64,000 nucleotides of DNA from Psilocybe cubensis (Eukaryota): NCBI GenBank assembly GCA_017499595.2, contig CM039008.1:2480001-2544000 (forward strand), in the 5' to 3' direction. The translations under genes were made by a program, and so were the position numbers. Positions 13,866 to 25,817 of the stretch are shown in pieces. Every line of letters starts with the position of its first letter. Within the stretch, counting starts at the first letter, position 1. Below the pieces are notes generated by a model. It did not search any database. It saw nothing but the letters and a program-made list of their open reading frames with translations, and had not been told where the DNA came from.

Positions 13866-15095
13866 ATGTTTTTCGATCTTAATGTCCCTATTAAAAAGAC
13901 TCAACAACGAGCAAATGCTTCAAAAAAGGGAAAACAGCCTCAACAGGAAATCCCAGCGTCTTGGACACCTTCTGAAATCTCAGACCTCGAATCACGAATT
14001 GATTTACTGATTCACTGTAAGTGCACTTTGATATCCATGGTGCCCTGCTAAGCATCTTACAAGTAGGATATTCCGTGATTGGGCTCTCCCAGACCGTTCA
14101 TAAAAAAGTGGATCCAAAAACACACGTTAATGTTCTAGATAGCCTCCTCGGTAGGCTTCAAACACGTCCAGGGATCGTGTTCCTGAAACGATTGAATATT
14201 GTACTTGATTCAGAAAGCGAGAAAGGATTCGGACTGGTGAGTTGTCATAATGGAAAATACAAATCATGTCTTATCGTTCTCGTACAGATAAATGCAAACG
14301 TTGCTCTGTTCAACGGCTATGATCTGATAGCCCTCGTCCCTACAACACACAACACATTATCTCTTGCGTGTCTTACACACAGTATGCCAACACCGTTGAC
14401 CGCGCATATAATCTCCCTTCCACTTACTCTACCACGCCTTCCGTATCACCTCAAACACACCCTTATCCGCACAGCGCTTAAAAATGGCGCTGTATTCGAA
14501 ATAAACTATGTCGGTGCGCTCGGAGGGGAAAACGATCCAGTTCTTGTGGATGCCAACGTTGCTGAGAGTGGCGCTTCTGCTAAAAGAAATTGGTGGGCGT
14601 CTACCCGTGAACTCGTCCGAGTGACAAAAGGCAAAGGTCTTATTGTCAGTGGAGGTGTCATAGCGGAGGCGGATTTGCGGTCACCAAGAGACATCGGAAA
14701 CATGTAATGTGCAATCGATAGCATCCCATTATCGTGTCACTGACTTTTCTCTACTTAGAATTTCGCTCTTGGGCCTTTCGCAAGATGCGGCTCATGATGC
14801 GTTGACGAAAACACCGAAGTCGCTCATCATTCGTGCTGGTTAGTTAGATTTGTGTCCCTCCTCTAAATTTACTGATATTCTCCCAGAAACACGAAAAACG
14901 TATCGGGCGGTATTATCTGAACCAAAGGTCGTTTTTCCCCCTCATATGGAACCGATGGGCTTGCCCACACCTCAAGATACAACTGAGGTCAATACCCTCA
15001 AACGCGCACGGGAAGATAACAGTCTTACAGTCCTACCGCCCTCGACAAGTGCAGCCAAGAAAAAGAAACGTAAGCCGAACAAAGAGGTCGCCTGA
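13866..15095 (+). CDS. RPP1: RNase P/MRP subunit p30 (PHP-like fold)
   Basis: MFFDLNVP start, LKRLNIVLD, YDLIALVP, ALKNGAVFEINY, GKGLIVSGG, LRSPRDIGN; basic C-terminal NLS-like tail; divergent from SAE2. Confidence 0.88.
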
Positions 15096-16357
15096 TGCGG
15101 CGTTTATTTATGTGTCTACACTTGGAATGATTCTTCATGTCACTGTTCTTCCGGCCCTGGATTTTTGTTGGAGCTTCGTTTTGTCAATTATCCTATCGCA
15201 ACAAAACGAAACTCTTCATAGTTTCATGTCTCGAGGACCATAACGTATATGCATAGGTCAGTGTATACGCATGCGTCAAGTTTTTAAAATTTGATCATTT
15301 GGGGTGTGGTGTCTTAGGATCAATTTAAGCTCCAGCTATACGCACCACACATACACACACACAAGCAAAATTCTTGTCAACTCTTGATCAGAACCACTTG
15401 GTTACTTATATGGCTATATGACTGAAGAGTCGCTTCAAACTCACTTTAATTTGTAAGGTTCAGTCGGTCAACCCGCCTCAAGGCTGGCGTTAGCATCAGA
15501 CCGATAAGACGATGCAATGCGAAACGACCTCCGTGTCCTTTCTCTCTTTCAAGGGCCGGTATGAATTAAAGGTTCATGAACACAAGCATGGAAGTTTAAT
15601 AGACTAACTCAAAGAAGCAGGAAGTTGCTTTTCCATTCTTATATGAATAGGCACAGGGTCTCATGTCTAACCCACTGTCCCTGAGAAGACTTGATGGGTT
15701 CAACGGAAGATCTGATTGAGAAAAGGATACGAAAGGCCATTCTAGAGTTTTCCCATGCTGTTGTTTCGTTATCCTTTTTTCAATATTGACTGCGTGGCCA
15801 GAAGATCCGTTGGAATTCATAAAATTCCTTCAACTTGAACGCCGAGGTAGGATTATTGAAATGTTATCGAAGTTTGCATAGACCCGGCCGCCGACTTCAA
15901 GTACGTTTTTAAAGTAGCCCTTCTCCCTCCGCTTCAAGTTGTGAATGAGTCCAAGCCTCCAAAGGCTTCTAGTAAAGTGTACCTAATTTTGTCTCTTCTA
16001 CATTGCTTCTCCACAGGGACTTGGCGAAACCATATGGGTAATTTACGTCTAAGTTTCACTCTCAATAGAGTTAATCTGCCCTAACGTTCTTCCTTTCCCT
16101 TTTCTAGCACAGATGACATCGTTCACGAGACCTAAACAGTCTACAAATATCACCGTCATTGGCAAGTCATTGGCGCCGTCATATCCGAGCTCTGCCGTAC
16201 ACTAGGACGACTGTTGTGTTTCGCCCGTTGACCCTGCTTCGCTGTAATCGCTCGCCCCGACAACACGAGGTGGATTCTTTGGGCTTCTTAGACTCTAGAT
16301 ATATAATGACAATCTTCGTCTGGCTGCCGTTGGCCACTTCAAGCGAACCTAGCTGCA

Positions 16358-17599
16358 ATGTTGTTCTTCGACTTTCTTCACGACATATTCACCCGTCAAA
16401 GAAATAGCCACACCAGCTTCTCTGAACTTCCAGATGAGAAGAGCTCTTCGCATCATAATAGCCATGTGTATCATGTCAACACCGAAGCCAATTTCACTAG
16501 TGCTTTAGCTCCCATTACGCGTGCAAGACCTAGTGCTATCTATGATGGGGGCTACGGTGAACAAGCAGAGCGAAGGGGAGTGTGTTTACGCATTGCCAAC
16601 GGCGGCGCTGGCCAGACGGGACTCATCGGAGCATGGGCGGACGCTTTCATCCGTTATATGGTTAGCAAAAAAGGTGTCGAACCTTTCCAAGTAAGTGATG
16701 ATATTACTACGGCTACAAGTTTGTGCTGATGCCTTTCAGGTTGCTTGGTACCTCGGAGACACGACAGAAAGCCTCGCTTATCTAGTAGCTGGCGACGTCG
16801 ACATTGCTGTTACGTATAACCCTGCTGCGGAGTCGCAAGTAGTACGTTCGGGCGACGCAACGGATATTGCTTATGTCTTTCGGGTCAGTCAATGGATGCA
16901 GTACAAGACTCAAGTTCATTCGTGTTGACATTGTAATAGGACCATTTCATGCTGGTAGGACCACCGTCTAATCCAGCAGGCTTAAATGACAGCGATGACA
17001 TTCAAACGATGTTCAGCAAAATTGTTGCAAGTGGGAACGCTGATATAGCTGTAAGTCCCAGGGTGCTACTTTAAAACTACTTTTAATCTTTCAAACAGGT
17101 CCCGCCGCGTTCGCGCCCTCCGACTCGTTTCCTTTCTCGCTATGATAAAAGTGCCACAAACATCAAAGAAAGCTTGATATTTGCTACCATTGGCCAGGTA
17201 TTTCTATTTTTGAGGGTTGTTACCGATAATGTTTCAACAATATTTTAGGTTCCTTGGGCGCTTGATTATTCAAAATGGTACCATCAGTACCCACGATTTC
17301 CCAAAGAATCACTCGAGGCAGCAGCTGACCTATCTGAATACACCCTCACCGACAAGGGAACGTGGCTAGATGCCGCTCAATGTGTGACATCGCAGCTGAA
17401 AACTTTCAAAATCGGAAGCGACAACGCCACTGACCTCCTCCTAAACCCCGCACACGCACTGGCAGGCAAACGGGTGTCTGCTGCAAATAGTGACACATGC
17501 AAAGCATTTATGAAATGGGTCACCTCCGCTAACGGTGGACAAAAGGTCATTGAACAGTTTGAAAAGCATGGACAAGTGCTGTACTCGAAGGCACCATGA
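16358..17599 (+). CDS. TupA-like periplasmic-binding-protein-fold protein, 5 exons
   Basis: Spliced motifs LRIANGGAGQTGLI, GDVDIAVTY, DHFMLVGPPSNPAGL, FLSRYDKSATNIKE, YTLTDKGTWL, LLLNPAH, AFMKWVTSANGGQKVIEQF resemble bacterial tungstate-binding TupA; introns ~16691-16739, 16884-16939, 17051-17098, 17198-17248. Confidence 0.8.
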
Positions 17600-17992
17600 T
17601 TGTTGTTGATTGAAAATAAATTTTACAATGTATTATCCATCATGATTTGGATGAATTTTTGCCTACAGGACCAGTACCCGCCATAGTTTATTTCTTGTAA
17701 AACTTGAGAGGCCACATACCAAACACTTAATATTCAAGGTCTAGAGCGCATCGCGCCCCGATCACCCAAGCAGAAGATTTGGCTCACCAAATTTCTTTAA
17801 CCTGGAATGTTTGAAAGACGTTCACCACGGTTATCTGGCGAATTATATGCTCTAAAACGATTGTTACCGGTGACGTAGTGAGTATATTATAAATTCACAC
17901 GTAGACTTTGGCAGGATATTTCAGAGGTGGATCCACGACTTGTCATTACTGGGATCTCAGTACTAGTTTTTACAGACAACCCGTTCATTCGC

Positions 17993-18923
17993 TCAGACAT
18001 ACTGTTGACGACGTTCAGTCACAGCTAAAAATGGATCGTTCCTGTCCAACCATCGCATAACAGGAGCCTCTGCCCCCGAAGGGAATACAGGAGGGGGCTG
18101 CTTTGCTTCCTCAATGGCACGAAGGGCAGCAATAAGAATAATCACAGAAGCTATGATCACTTTGAAAGATGTAGTGAGTAATTAGTAGAACTGGGACTCG
18201 GCATAAATACTCACTGATTACAACCCCGATCCAGGAAATCGCAGCCATTGCGGTGACGCCATTACAACAGCCTTGGCCAATGGCCGTGAACATTTCGTTA
18301 TGTCCCGAGAAGCATCTTCCCTTCAGCTTAATGGTTAGGACAACCCCGGATACTATCCAGAATACATCCTTAGTTTGGTGCCCATATAGATTGTCAGAAA
18401 ATGAAAAGGACTAACAAGCAAACAGTGCCACGACACCAGCAGAACAAGCTGCGTCGACCAGAGTAGGGTCGCTAGATTCATCTTTCGCTCGTTGTATCCT
18501 ATGTTTTGCGTAAGCATATTACAGCCCTGCGAGAAACGACCATAAATCTGGGCACGCACAAATAGATACACGACGCGAAGTGTCCTAGAGCCAAAATAAT
18601 GGCAAAGCAGACTATTCCGAAGAGGAGCACTAAATCATATGTGACCCGCGTGAGCCCCAACCAAAATTCGAGTAAGATGACCGTACCATCTTTCTTGGGA
18701 TGAAGGTACGAGAGTGTCAAGATCCCAAGCAACAAATTGAGAGTTGCCAGGAAGATTGCAATTCCTTGAACGCATAACAGATCAAAAACACGAAACTGGG
18801 TGACAAATGCTTGTGTATCTCACCAATATAGAGCCACCTCTGGCAAAGAACGTTAAGCAACCTCTTCATACGCAAACGCAGGAGGCCGGGCCCGCCGGAC
18901 TCGTTTGTAGTCGTAGCTGTCAT
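17993..18923 (-). CDS. Small four-transmembrane hypothetical protein, 6 exons
   Basis: Five GT-AG introns (phases 1,1,2,1,1) give an open frame MTATTTNES...IAIFLATLNLLLGILTL...LLFGIVCFAIILALGH...GRCF...GCCNGVTAMAAISWIGVVIMIIASVIILIAAL...QQYV*. Confidence 0.65.
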
Positions 18924-19861
18924 ATCGTTTTTATGTGTGGTGATGTCAGTGAGGTTGTGAGTCGTAGTGTATCGTGATATCCGTCAACGGAAAGGACAGC
19001 AGGTTGCCAAAGGCTCAGCCGAATGACAATGAGAGGTTAAGGTCCAGCCTGATGGTGGTGGTCAACAACAACGTTCCACTAGGCTTTGAAGAACTCCCCA
19101 TTTGATCTCTACCATCAAGTATTTAAAACTCCACCCGTAAGCGAAGTCAAGTGCCGCAGAGTTTAGGCCACGGCTTCTTTCACATTATTATAAACTCCGG
19201 ATCCCTCAAGGGATAGAAATGAAAAAATATACATATAGGAAGAACGTGCTCCTAACCTTCGGCAATAATCTTCATTTTCAGACTGACCTTGAAGTCGATG
19301 TTCCAGTACAGAGTATTTCGACCACACACTCAATGGGGCTCCGATTAAATATGAAACTAGCTCAAGTACAGCCCCATCCGCGTTCGCCGGTTCCTTCGAT
19401 CCTTATATCAGGTATTGTAGGTTGATACGAAACTCGAACGAAGCTGATGAGAAAAGTATCTACAGTATGTTGGTGAAGGTGAAGGTGCAGTTATGTTACT
19501 AGTTTCCTTTCTAAAATCCAGTCCCAGGACCTTGAAGCGCAGGGTTCCATCCTGTCATATAGAACCCCACCATGGAGCAATCATGACCGCCGAGTATGGC
19601 AATCCCGATGCGGGCGCTTACTACCCAATTTCTCACTACTTCAACGTTTCCGAACTACGTACACATCAGATGTAGCCAAAGGCCCGATTAAGATCTCCAG
19701 CCTCTGCAAATCATGTTGGTACCATGATGAATTATAGGTTCCATTGCATTATTTTGTGCTTCATCTTTGTTGCCTTTGCGAAATTATTATCATACTTCTC
19801 TTACATATTGTTGTTGAAGCCTACACTAGAAAGAGACCATAAGTGTACAAAGGTGACATAA

Positions 19862-22054
19862 TCATGAATCATAACCCCGCTGTCGCTGAGGTGTCAGGGG
19901 AGGGGAAAGCATAGCAGGATCTCGAGGGTTTAGATTATGGTTTTGATTTTGATTTCCAAATGCCCCGGGGACAAAATGCATGATGACAGGCGACACCTGA
20001 AGTGTGCCTGGAGGAGGCGGATGTCCTTGCACTGGAGGAGATTGCGTCTGCGTCTGCGTCATATTGGGATCACTCGGCATAGTTGTCTGATTTTGAGGAG
20101 GGGAAGGAGCGATATAATAAATAGGAGGAGGGCCCATAGCACCCACAGGCGGCAGAGTCATAGGCTGGTACGGTGGATATCCATAGTGATACTTATTTGA
20201 GTGCATCTTGCTTTTCGAACGATGTTTCCGCGGTCCACGCGGAACAGTATGTGGTACGGGCATGGGAGCTGGGTATGCCGCTGGTATGCCATACGCAGTG
20301 TACGGTGCATACGCTGGATGACCAGGATATGCATAGGGATACATAGTAGGTATAATGGGACTTGTGCTCCGTTGAGGCATGTACGGCACATTCTCACGTC
20401 CCGTCGCGTCCTCGCCGCTCCTCATTGTCGACCAAGTTCCACGATGTCGCTTCTGTCGATGACGTTTCGACTTTGAGTGATTGTGAGCGCCTAAGTTCTG
20501 CCACCTTCCCGTCTCCCGTGAAATAGGAGATTCTATTGGTGATAAGGTATTTCCAAAGCTCATAGTTGTCCGCGGAGAAGAAGGGGAGCCACTGCTCAGC
20601 AGATCAAGGTCCCTACTCCCTCTACGCGACATAACAGCGCGGTACCAAGACGCCATTGGCTTTGTTTTTTTCATCGCTTTCACCTTTGCCCTAGCGCGAT
20701 CCGAGTCACCAGGTCGGTAATCGATCGTCACGCGCTCCTGTGCAATCCAAGGAAGATTATACAGACCTTTGAAGAACTTTTCGATAGGTGTGAGATCAGA
20801 AGCAAAAGAGGGGTCGTAAAGGGAAGGCACAGCCGATATCGTATAACTCGATGGCGAGCGAGGTGATGAGAGGACATCCCCTGGCATCATTGAGTTCGTC
20901 ATGGCGGCGGAGGGTTGAGTAGTGTTGTTAAGAATCCCAGTATGGGCTGAAGGTGCAGCATTTACGGGGCCATTTGAAGGTCCTTGCTCGGTCTGAGACC
21001 CCTGTCTATTAGCACGAGTTGGCAACTGAGTCTGGTATGAAACCCGTGGCCCTGGCGTGGGCTGTCTCGGAGGAGGCGGTACAGATGCAGACTGCGTCCT
21101 GCTAGGCGCTTGAGAATCCGTATTGTACATCATAACCGTCGTTCTGTCGTTCAATCTATGCCTGTCGTACTCCGCATCCTCTCTGTACATAGATTGATGA
21201 GGTTCGATTCCAGGAGGTCCGTCATAGAAATGTGCCTGTTCTTCCTCTGCTATTCCTTCAGACCCAGAAGCTGGGGTGATAGTCACGATAGGAAATTGCG
21301 GTCCGGCAGTGTTTGTTCGAAGGTGATAAACTGTTGCGGGCGTAGAACCAGGAGGTAACGAGCCATTGGCGACAGCCATACTCAACCGATGAGCAAATTG
21401 GGGATTGGAAGGTCTGATCGATGGATTGGACAGATAGCGAGGAAGAGTATTCCCCCTCGTCATACCCGTAACACTCGTCGATGTCCCCTCGTCCGTATTA
21501 AATGTCCCTTTGTGTTTCAATTGTCGCTTCTCTTCGCCTCCTCCCTTCAAAACAAGCTTTGGAAGACGCTTGAGACCGCTGAAAAAACCTCCCATTAAGG
21601 AACGACCCGGTCGAGCTTTGGGTGAACTCAGCGGTGAACCCGGTGTTGGCGAGGTTGGTAAAGGAATAACGTTCATGTTTGCCTCGTCCCTACGCTGAAC
21701 ATCATCGTGTTGTTGGCGATACGCAAATTGCCTTTCAGGATGTGGTTGAGCAGTCATGTAGTCTTCTTCCTCCTCTTGCGTCCCAGCATATTGAAATGCG
21801 GTCCGCGACTGATACAATTGAGATTCGGGCACTGGTAACGGCCTTGGGGCACGTAGGGGAGTCAAATCAGCAGAAAATCTCGATGACTCCGGTGGTGGTC
21901 CTGGTGGGTATAGCTGGTTCTGTGCGACCCATGAACCCGTACTGACACTCGCCTGGCTCTGATGGGAGCCTCGTGTCATCGTCCGCCGCATGGCATCTTC
22001 TTCCGCAGCTAGATCGCCCCTGTAAGGCTGGCGGGTTTCGTAGTAGTCCGTCAT
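19862..22054 (-). CDS. Hypothetical 730-aa Pro/Ser/Gln-rich disordered protein, single ORF
   Basis: Uninterrupted 730-codon ORF with ATG; one short ordered-looking block (LTPIEKFFKGLYNLPWIAQERVTIDYRPG). Confidence 0.75.
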   Translation of the reverse strand: MTDYYETRQPYRGDLAAEEDAMRRTMTRGSHQSQASVSTGSWVAQNQLYPPGPPPESSRFSADLTPLRAPRPLPVPESQLYQSRTAFQYAGTQEEEEDYMTAQPHPERQFAYRQQHDDVQRRDEANMNVIPLPTSPTPGSPLSSPKARPGRSLMGGFFSGLKRLPKLVLKGGGEEKRQLKHKGTFNTDEGTSTSVTGMTRGNTLPRYLSNPSIRPSNPQFAHRLSMAVANGSLPPGSTPATVYHLRTNTAGPQFPIVTITPASGSEGIAEEEQAHFYDGPPGIEPHQSMYREDAEYDRHRLNDRTTVMMYNTDSQAPSRTQSASVPPPPRQPTPGPRVSYQTQLPTRANRQGSQTEQGPSNGPVNAAPSAHTGILNNTTQPSAAMTNSMMPGDVLSSPRSPSSYTISAVPSLYDPSFASDLTPIEKFFKGLYNLPWIAQERVTIDYRPGDSDRARAKVKAMKKTKPMASWYRAVMSRRGSRDLDLLSSGSPSSPRTTMSFGNTLSPIESPISRETGRWQNLGAHNHSKSKRHRQKRHRGTWSTMRSGEDATGRENVPYMPQRSTSPIIPTMYPYAYPGHPAYAPYTAYGIPAAYPAPMPVPHTVPRGPRKHRSKSKMHSNKYHYGYPPYQPMTLPPVGAMGPPPIYYIAPSPPQNQTTMPSDPNMTQTQTQSPPVQGHPPPPGTLQVSPVIMHFVPGAFGNQNQNHNLNPRDPAMLSPPLTPQRQRGYDS

Positions 22055-22422
22055 TAACGATGACGATCCACAGGTCCTAGAATGAAGGACCGGAGAGGAT
22101 GACGGTGTAAGTTTAAGGTATGACAGTGAACTTTGGCCTTGTTTTCTTCACAGCTGGAGTGAGTGGCATTCTGTTGTGTTTGAAATGAAGCAGGTTATCG
22201 AAACCCATGAACTATTAAATAGAACATGCCTGCCGTTCGGGGGCTGTTATCCACCTGTGATATGGGGCATGGGGAAGAGTTGTCCGGGCACGCAGCATGA
22301 GGTTGGCACGAGGCAAGAGAATGCCCCCATCATCCGAGATGTATATTAAACTCTGACAATCCTACATTGGTTAACGAATAAGAGACCATTCATTGCCCTA
22401 CAATTTGAACATAAATCCTAAG

Positions 22423-23654
22423 TCAGGCTCGGTGTTCGCAAACGAACTTGTGAGACGGCCAGTCATTCGTCTACACACAAAAATAAACTAAAATAAACGA
22501 GAATGGTCGTAGATATAAATTCATATGACATACCTGACACAGCTTCGAGCAATAAAGAACTTTTTTGCACCTCTGGCATTTGCTGAAGACATTTGCATGC
22601 TCCGGTTGTTCATTTCCGCATGGCCAAAAATTGCATCTGACAGCAATACTCCCAAAGTTGGATTTGTGGATCAACTTTGTATCCTTGACCAACGAGCGGC
22701 ACACGGAATGACCAAATAATGCGCAGTCTACGTCCGTACATTCAGGCGCATCGCATCCCGTCGGATATGTGGCCATTAGATCGCGAGGAGGACAGAAATC
22801 GGGATCCATGAACAACGCTTGCGCTTTGATGGTTGTACTCTTGGATACAAACACGATGAAAGGAGGCACATAGCCAACTTTCGGATCAGATAGGAGAGAA
22901 CGAACTAGAAGATCAGTTTGGAAGAAACAAGGCCTTGTTCCGGAGGGAATTGCGACAGAATCGATCTCGAAAACTAAAGAACATCTGAGTAACCGAAACC
23001 AAGACAAAGCTGGCAATTTTGAATGAATTTACATCGTTTGCGTTGTTCGTCGCGAGACCAGTTGTCTTTGCTGAGTTCCTCCCAGTACCCAAGGGCAATA
23101 TCAAGTTGCTCTGAAGACCAGTCAACAAAGATTATGGGGATGTCCGCACCATCGAAATCAAGCATATTTCGCATGATTAGCATATCAAACAACTGTACGT
23201 TATCAGTGGTGCGGCACGTAGGACGGAAAAATCGAGTCCCACCATGGAACTCAGAAGATTTGGAATTGAACCCTGGATTTGGTTTTGTCCACTTTTGCTT
23301 TGTTGTCGAGAAGATCCCAAAAGCTTTGATGTGCATACCACTGAATGCGAAAATCGGCGAGACAGTACGAAAATAGAGGTTTGCTGCGCCAAAATTGGTT
23401 CCCTTTTTCCACGCAATGATTCGAGTTTTCAGACCAGAGTTTTTCATCGTTACTCGGTACGCAGTGTTGCCTTGCGATACCTTTTTGAACCAGTTTTCTA
23501 TAGACGATCCTCCAGGTCTAGTGGAGCTTGTAGTTGCTTGAAAAACAGCGTCCCGAATCTGTTCAACGGTGTTCTCATTCATTTCATCAAGGACAAGTTG
23601 GCATTGAGATAGCGTTGCGTCTTCAATATATGCTGGTTCATGACGAGCTGCCAT
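22423..23654 (-). CDS. MYND-type zinc finger protein, 3 exons
   Basis: C-terminal CNFWPC...FSKCQRCKKVLYCSKLCQ|TNDWPSHKFVC after splicing; intron ~22975-23031 joins the two ORFs; extra Cys cluster CDAPECTDVDC. Confidence 0.82.
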
Positions 23655-23995
23655 AAGTTTTGGATTCTGAAGGTGGGTGGATGAGATGGACAAACAGTGG
23701 TTGAAGATGAAAGGAATAGATAGCATTGGATTTTTTTATGTACCAATATTATTACTTAATTCACAGGAATAATCTTCTTTTGGTAATGATCTCATTTTTC
23801 GGCACCGTCATCCGTTTAGCTTCGGCAACGATGTTCAACGTTATGCATGCCGCTACGACCCAGTAAGTGCGCGTTCCCCGGGCAAGGGTTGAGCAGGGTC
23901 CTCCTGCCCGGTATAAAGACTGACGACGAAAGACCCACTGAAAAATCTCAATCCCAGAGTACTTACTTCTTCAGCCTCACTTCGTTTTCAAAGTT

Positions 23996-25000
23996 ATGCC
24001 ATCTTTAGCAGCAATCCGTGCATCGAATGCTGCGTTCGCACATTCATCGACTTATACGCCGGTAGCCGTGTTTGTTGGAGGCACATCTGGAATTGGGGAA
24101 GGGATGGTTCGAACTTTCGCCGAGAATACAGGTGGGAAGAGTAACATCGTTATTGTTGGGCGGAATCGTGGTGCAGCAGACCGCATACTCGACTCTTTGC
24201 CCAAACCTAGTTCGGACGGTGACAAGAAGTTCACGAGAGAGTTTGTGCAATGCGATGCTACTCTCATGAAGAACGTCCAAAATGCTACGCAAGAGATTCT
24301 TTCGAGACACCCCAAAATCAACTATCTCATCATGTCGCCGGGGTTTGCGACGTTATCTGGACGCGATGAAACTCCTGAAGGTATTGACAAGAAGTTGGCG
24401 GTACACTACTACGCCCGATGGAAATTCACGTATGATCTCCTTCCTGCGCTTACCAAGGCAAAGGACTCCGACGAGAAGGTGGCTGCCATGAGTGTTTTAG
24501 GAGCTGGAAATGGAGGAACTATACTAGAGGACGACTTGCATTTGAAGAAAAACTACTCAATCAGTAATGCGGCAGCCGCTGCTCAAGCGTACAGCGACAT
24601 GATGATTGAGGTGAGCTTTATTCTCATATTTTTCGCTTTTTCTTTCTGTTTACACGGTAACCCTTCACAGTCATTTTCGGAACGAGCTCCAGGATTAACT
24701 TTCATTCACTCTTCTCCTGGCTTCGTGCGTACGGCCATTGGTGCATCATCTCCATCAACGGCATTGCGATGGTCAATGAAAGTCCTAGGTCCCCTTACTC
24801 GACCTTTTTCCGTCTCTGCAGACGAATGTTCCCAGTACATGTGGCATGCTATATACAGCACGGCGAACAAGCCCGGACCATGGAGAATCGGGCCCAGTGG
24901 TGAGGATTTAGAAAAAAAGAACTACGTCGGAAGTGACAAGCAAAGAAAGCTCGTATGGGATCATACTGAGGAAGTTATTAATTCTGCTCTTGCAATGTAG
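23996..25000 (+). CDS. Short-chain dehydrogenase/reductase-like NAD(P)-binding oxidoreductase (intron 24611-24670)
   Basis: VFVGGTSGIG Rossmann motif, IVGRN, ETPEGIDKKLAVHYYARWKF, FIHSSPGFVRT; GTGAGC...TCACAG 60-nt intron. Confidence 0.88.
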   Translation: MPSLAAIRASNAAFAHSSTYTPVAVFVGGTSGIGEGMVRTFAENTGGKSNIVIVGRNRGAADRILDSLPKPSSDGDKKFTREFVQCDATLMKNVQNATQEILSRHPKINYLIMSPGFATLSGRDETPEGIDKKLAVHYYARWKFTYDLLPALTKAKDSDEKVAAMSVLGAGNGGTILEDDLHLKKNYSISNAAAAAQAYSDMMIEVSFILIFFAFSFCLHGNPSQSFSERAPGLTFIHSSPGFVRTAIGASSPSTALRWSMKVLGPLTRPFSVSADECSQYMWHAIYSTANKPGPWRIGPSGEDLEKKNYVGSDKQRKLVWDHTEEVINSALAM

Positions 25001-25817
25001 CCCTCTAAAAATTAGCTTGGTAATGTAGCGTTGGTTGTTGCGTAACTTTGTCCGTCACTTGTAATTACTTGTACAGTACTCTAAAATACTGCTTTGCATT
25101 GCAGTTATGATTCTGGCTCAGTTCTTTGTATTAGTCGGCTTTAGCTTGTCGTTGGGGGCATGACACTTCTTTACGGGTCCTGTTATGTAGAAAAACAAAG
25201 TAAAGCCAGTCATCCTTCAAGATTCAGGCCCAGGTCGCATGCGTGGCTTATTTACGTAACAAAAGCGCGCAACAGCATTTTTTTTTAGAACGGCATGCAC
25301 CTAGGGTTTTGCAATTAGCTGGAATATTTCCACCAAGTCTTTAGAAAGAACGAAGGTCGCTGGACGTACCCGTGGGAATATCCTGTATAAATGTACACAG
25401 GATGTTCCCACGCTTCTGTTCTGTACAGAACTTTGAAACTTGAAGACATTTGTGTTCTGGGCATAAAGGAACTCATCTTTAGTTACGTAAATCTGGTTGT
25501 AACCTCATGGGCGCTTAGTTCAACTGACTTGGAAAAATGAAATTTGATGTCGTCAAAATGTTGAGAAACTTGCGCCTTGAATTTGAGCCGTTTTTGTAAA
25601 CTCTGTTACACGTTCAATACGACCTTTATCATTCCTCAAATGCTTTAAAACTCTCTCAAAAATTGGGATAAGCTGATAAACTGGCCCCTGAGGAATAGAA
25701 AAATCACGAGTTTCCATCGATCAAAAAAGCGGATCGATAAGAACCGCACATTTCCGATGCCATTGCGCGCCCATACATACTAGTTGATCCCCACCACTAT
25801 ATCCTAAGTCTAACAAA

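Noticed and set aside
22974-23031. Apparent frameshift between the two MYND-gene ORFs
   Set aside because: Explained by a canonical GTAAAT...TTTAG intron
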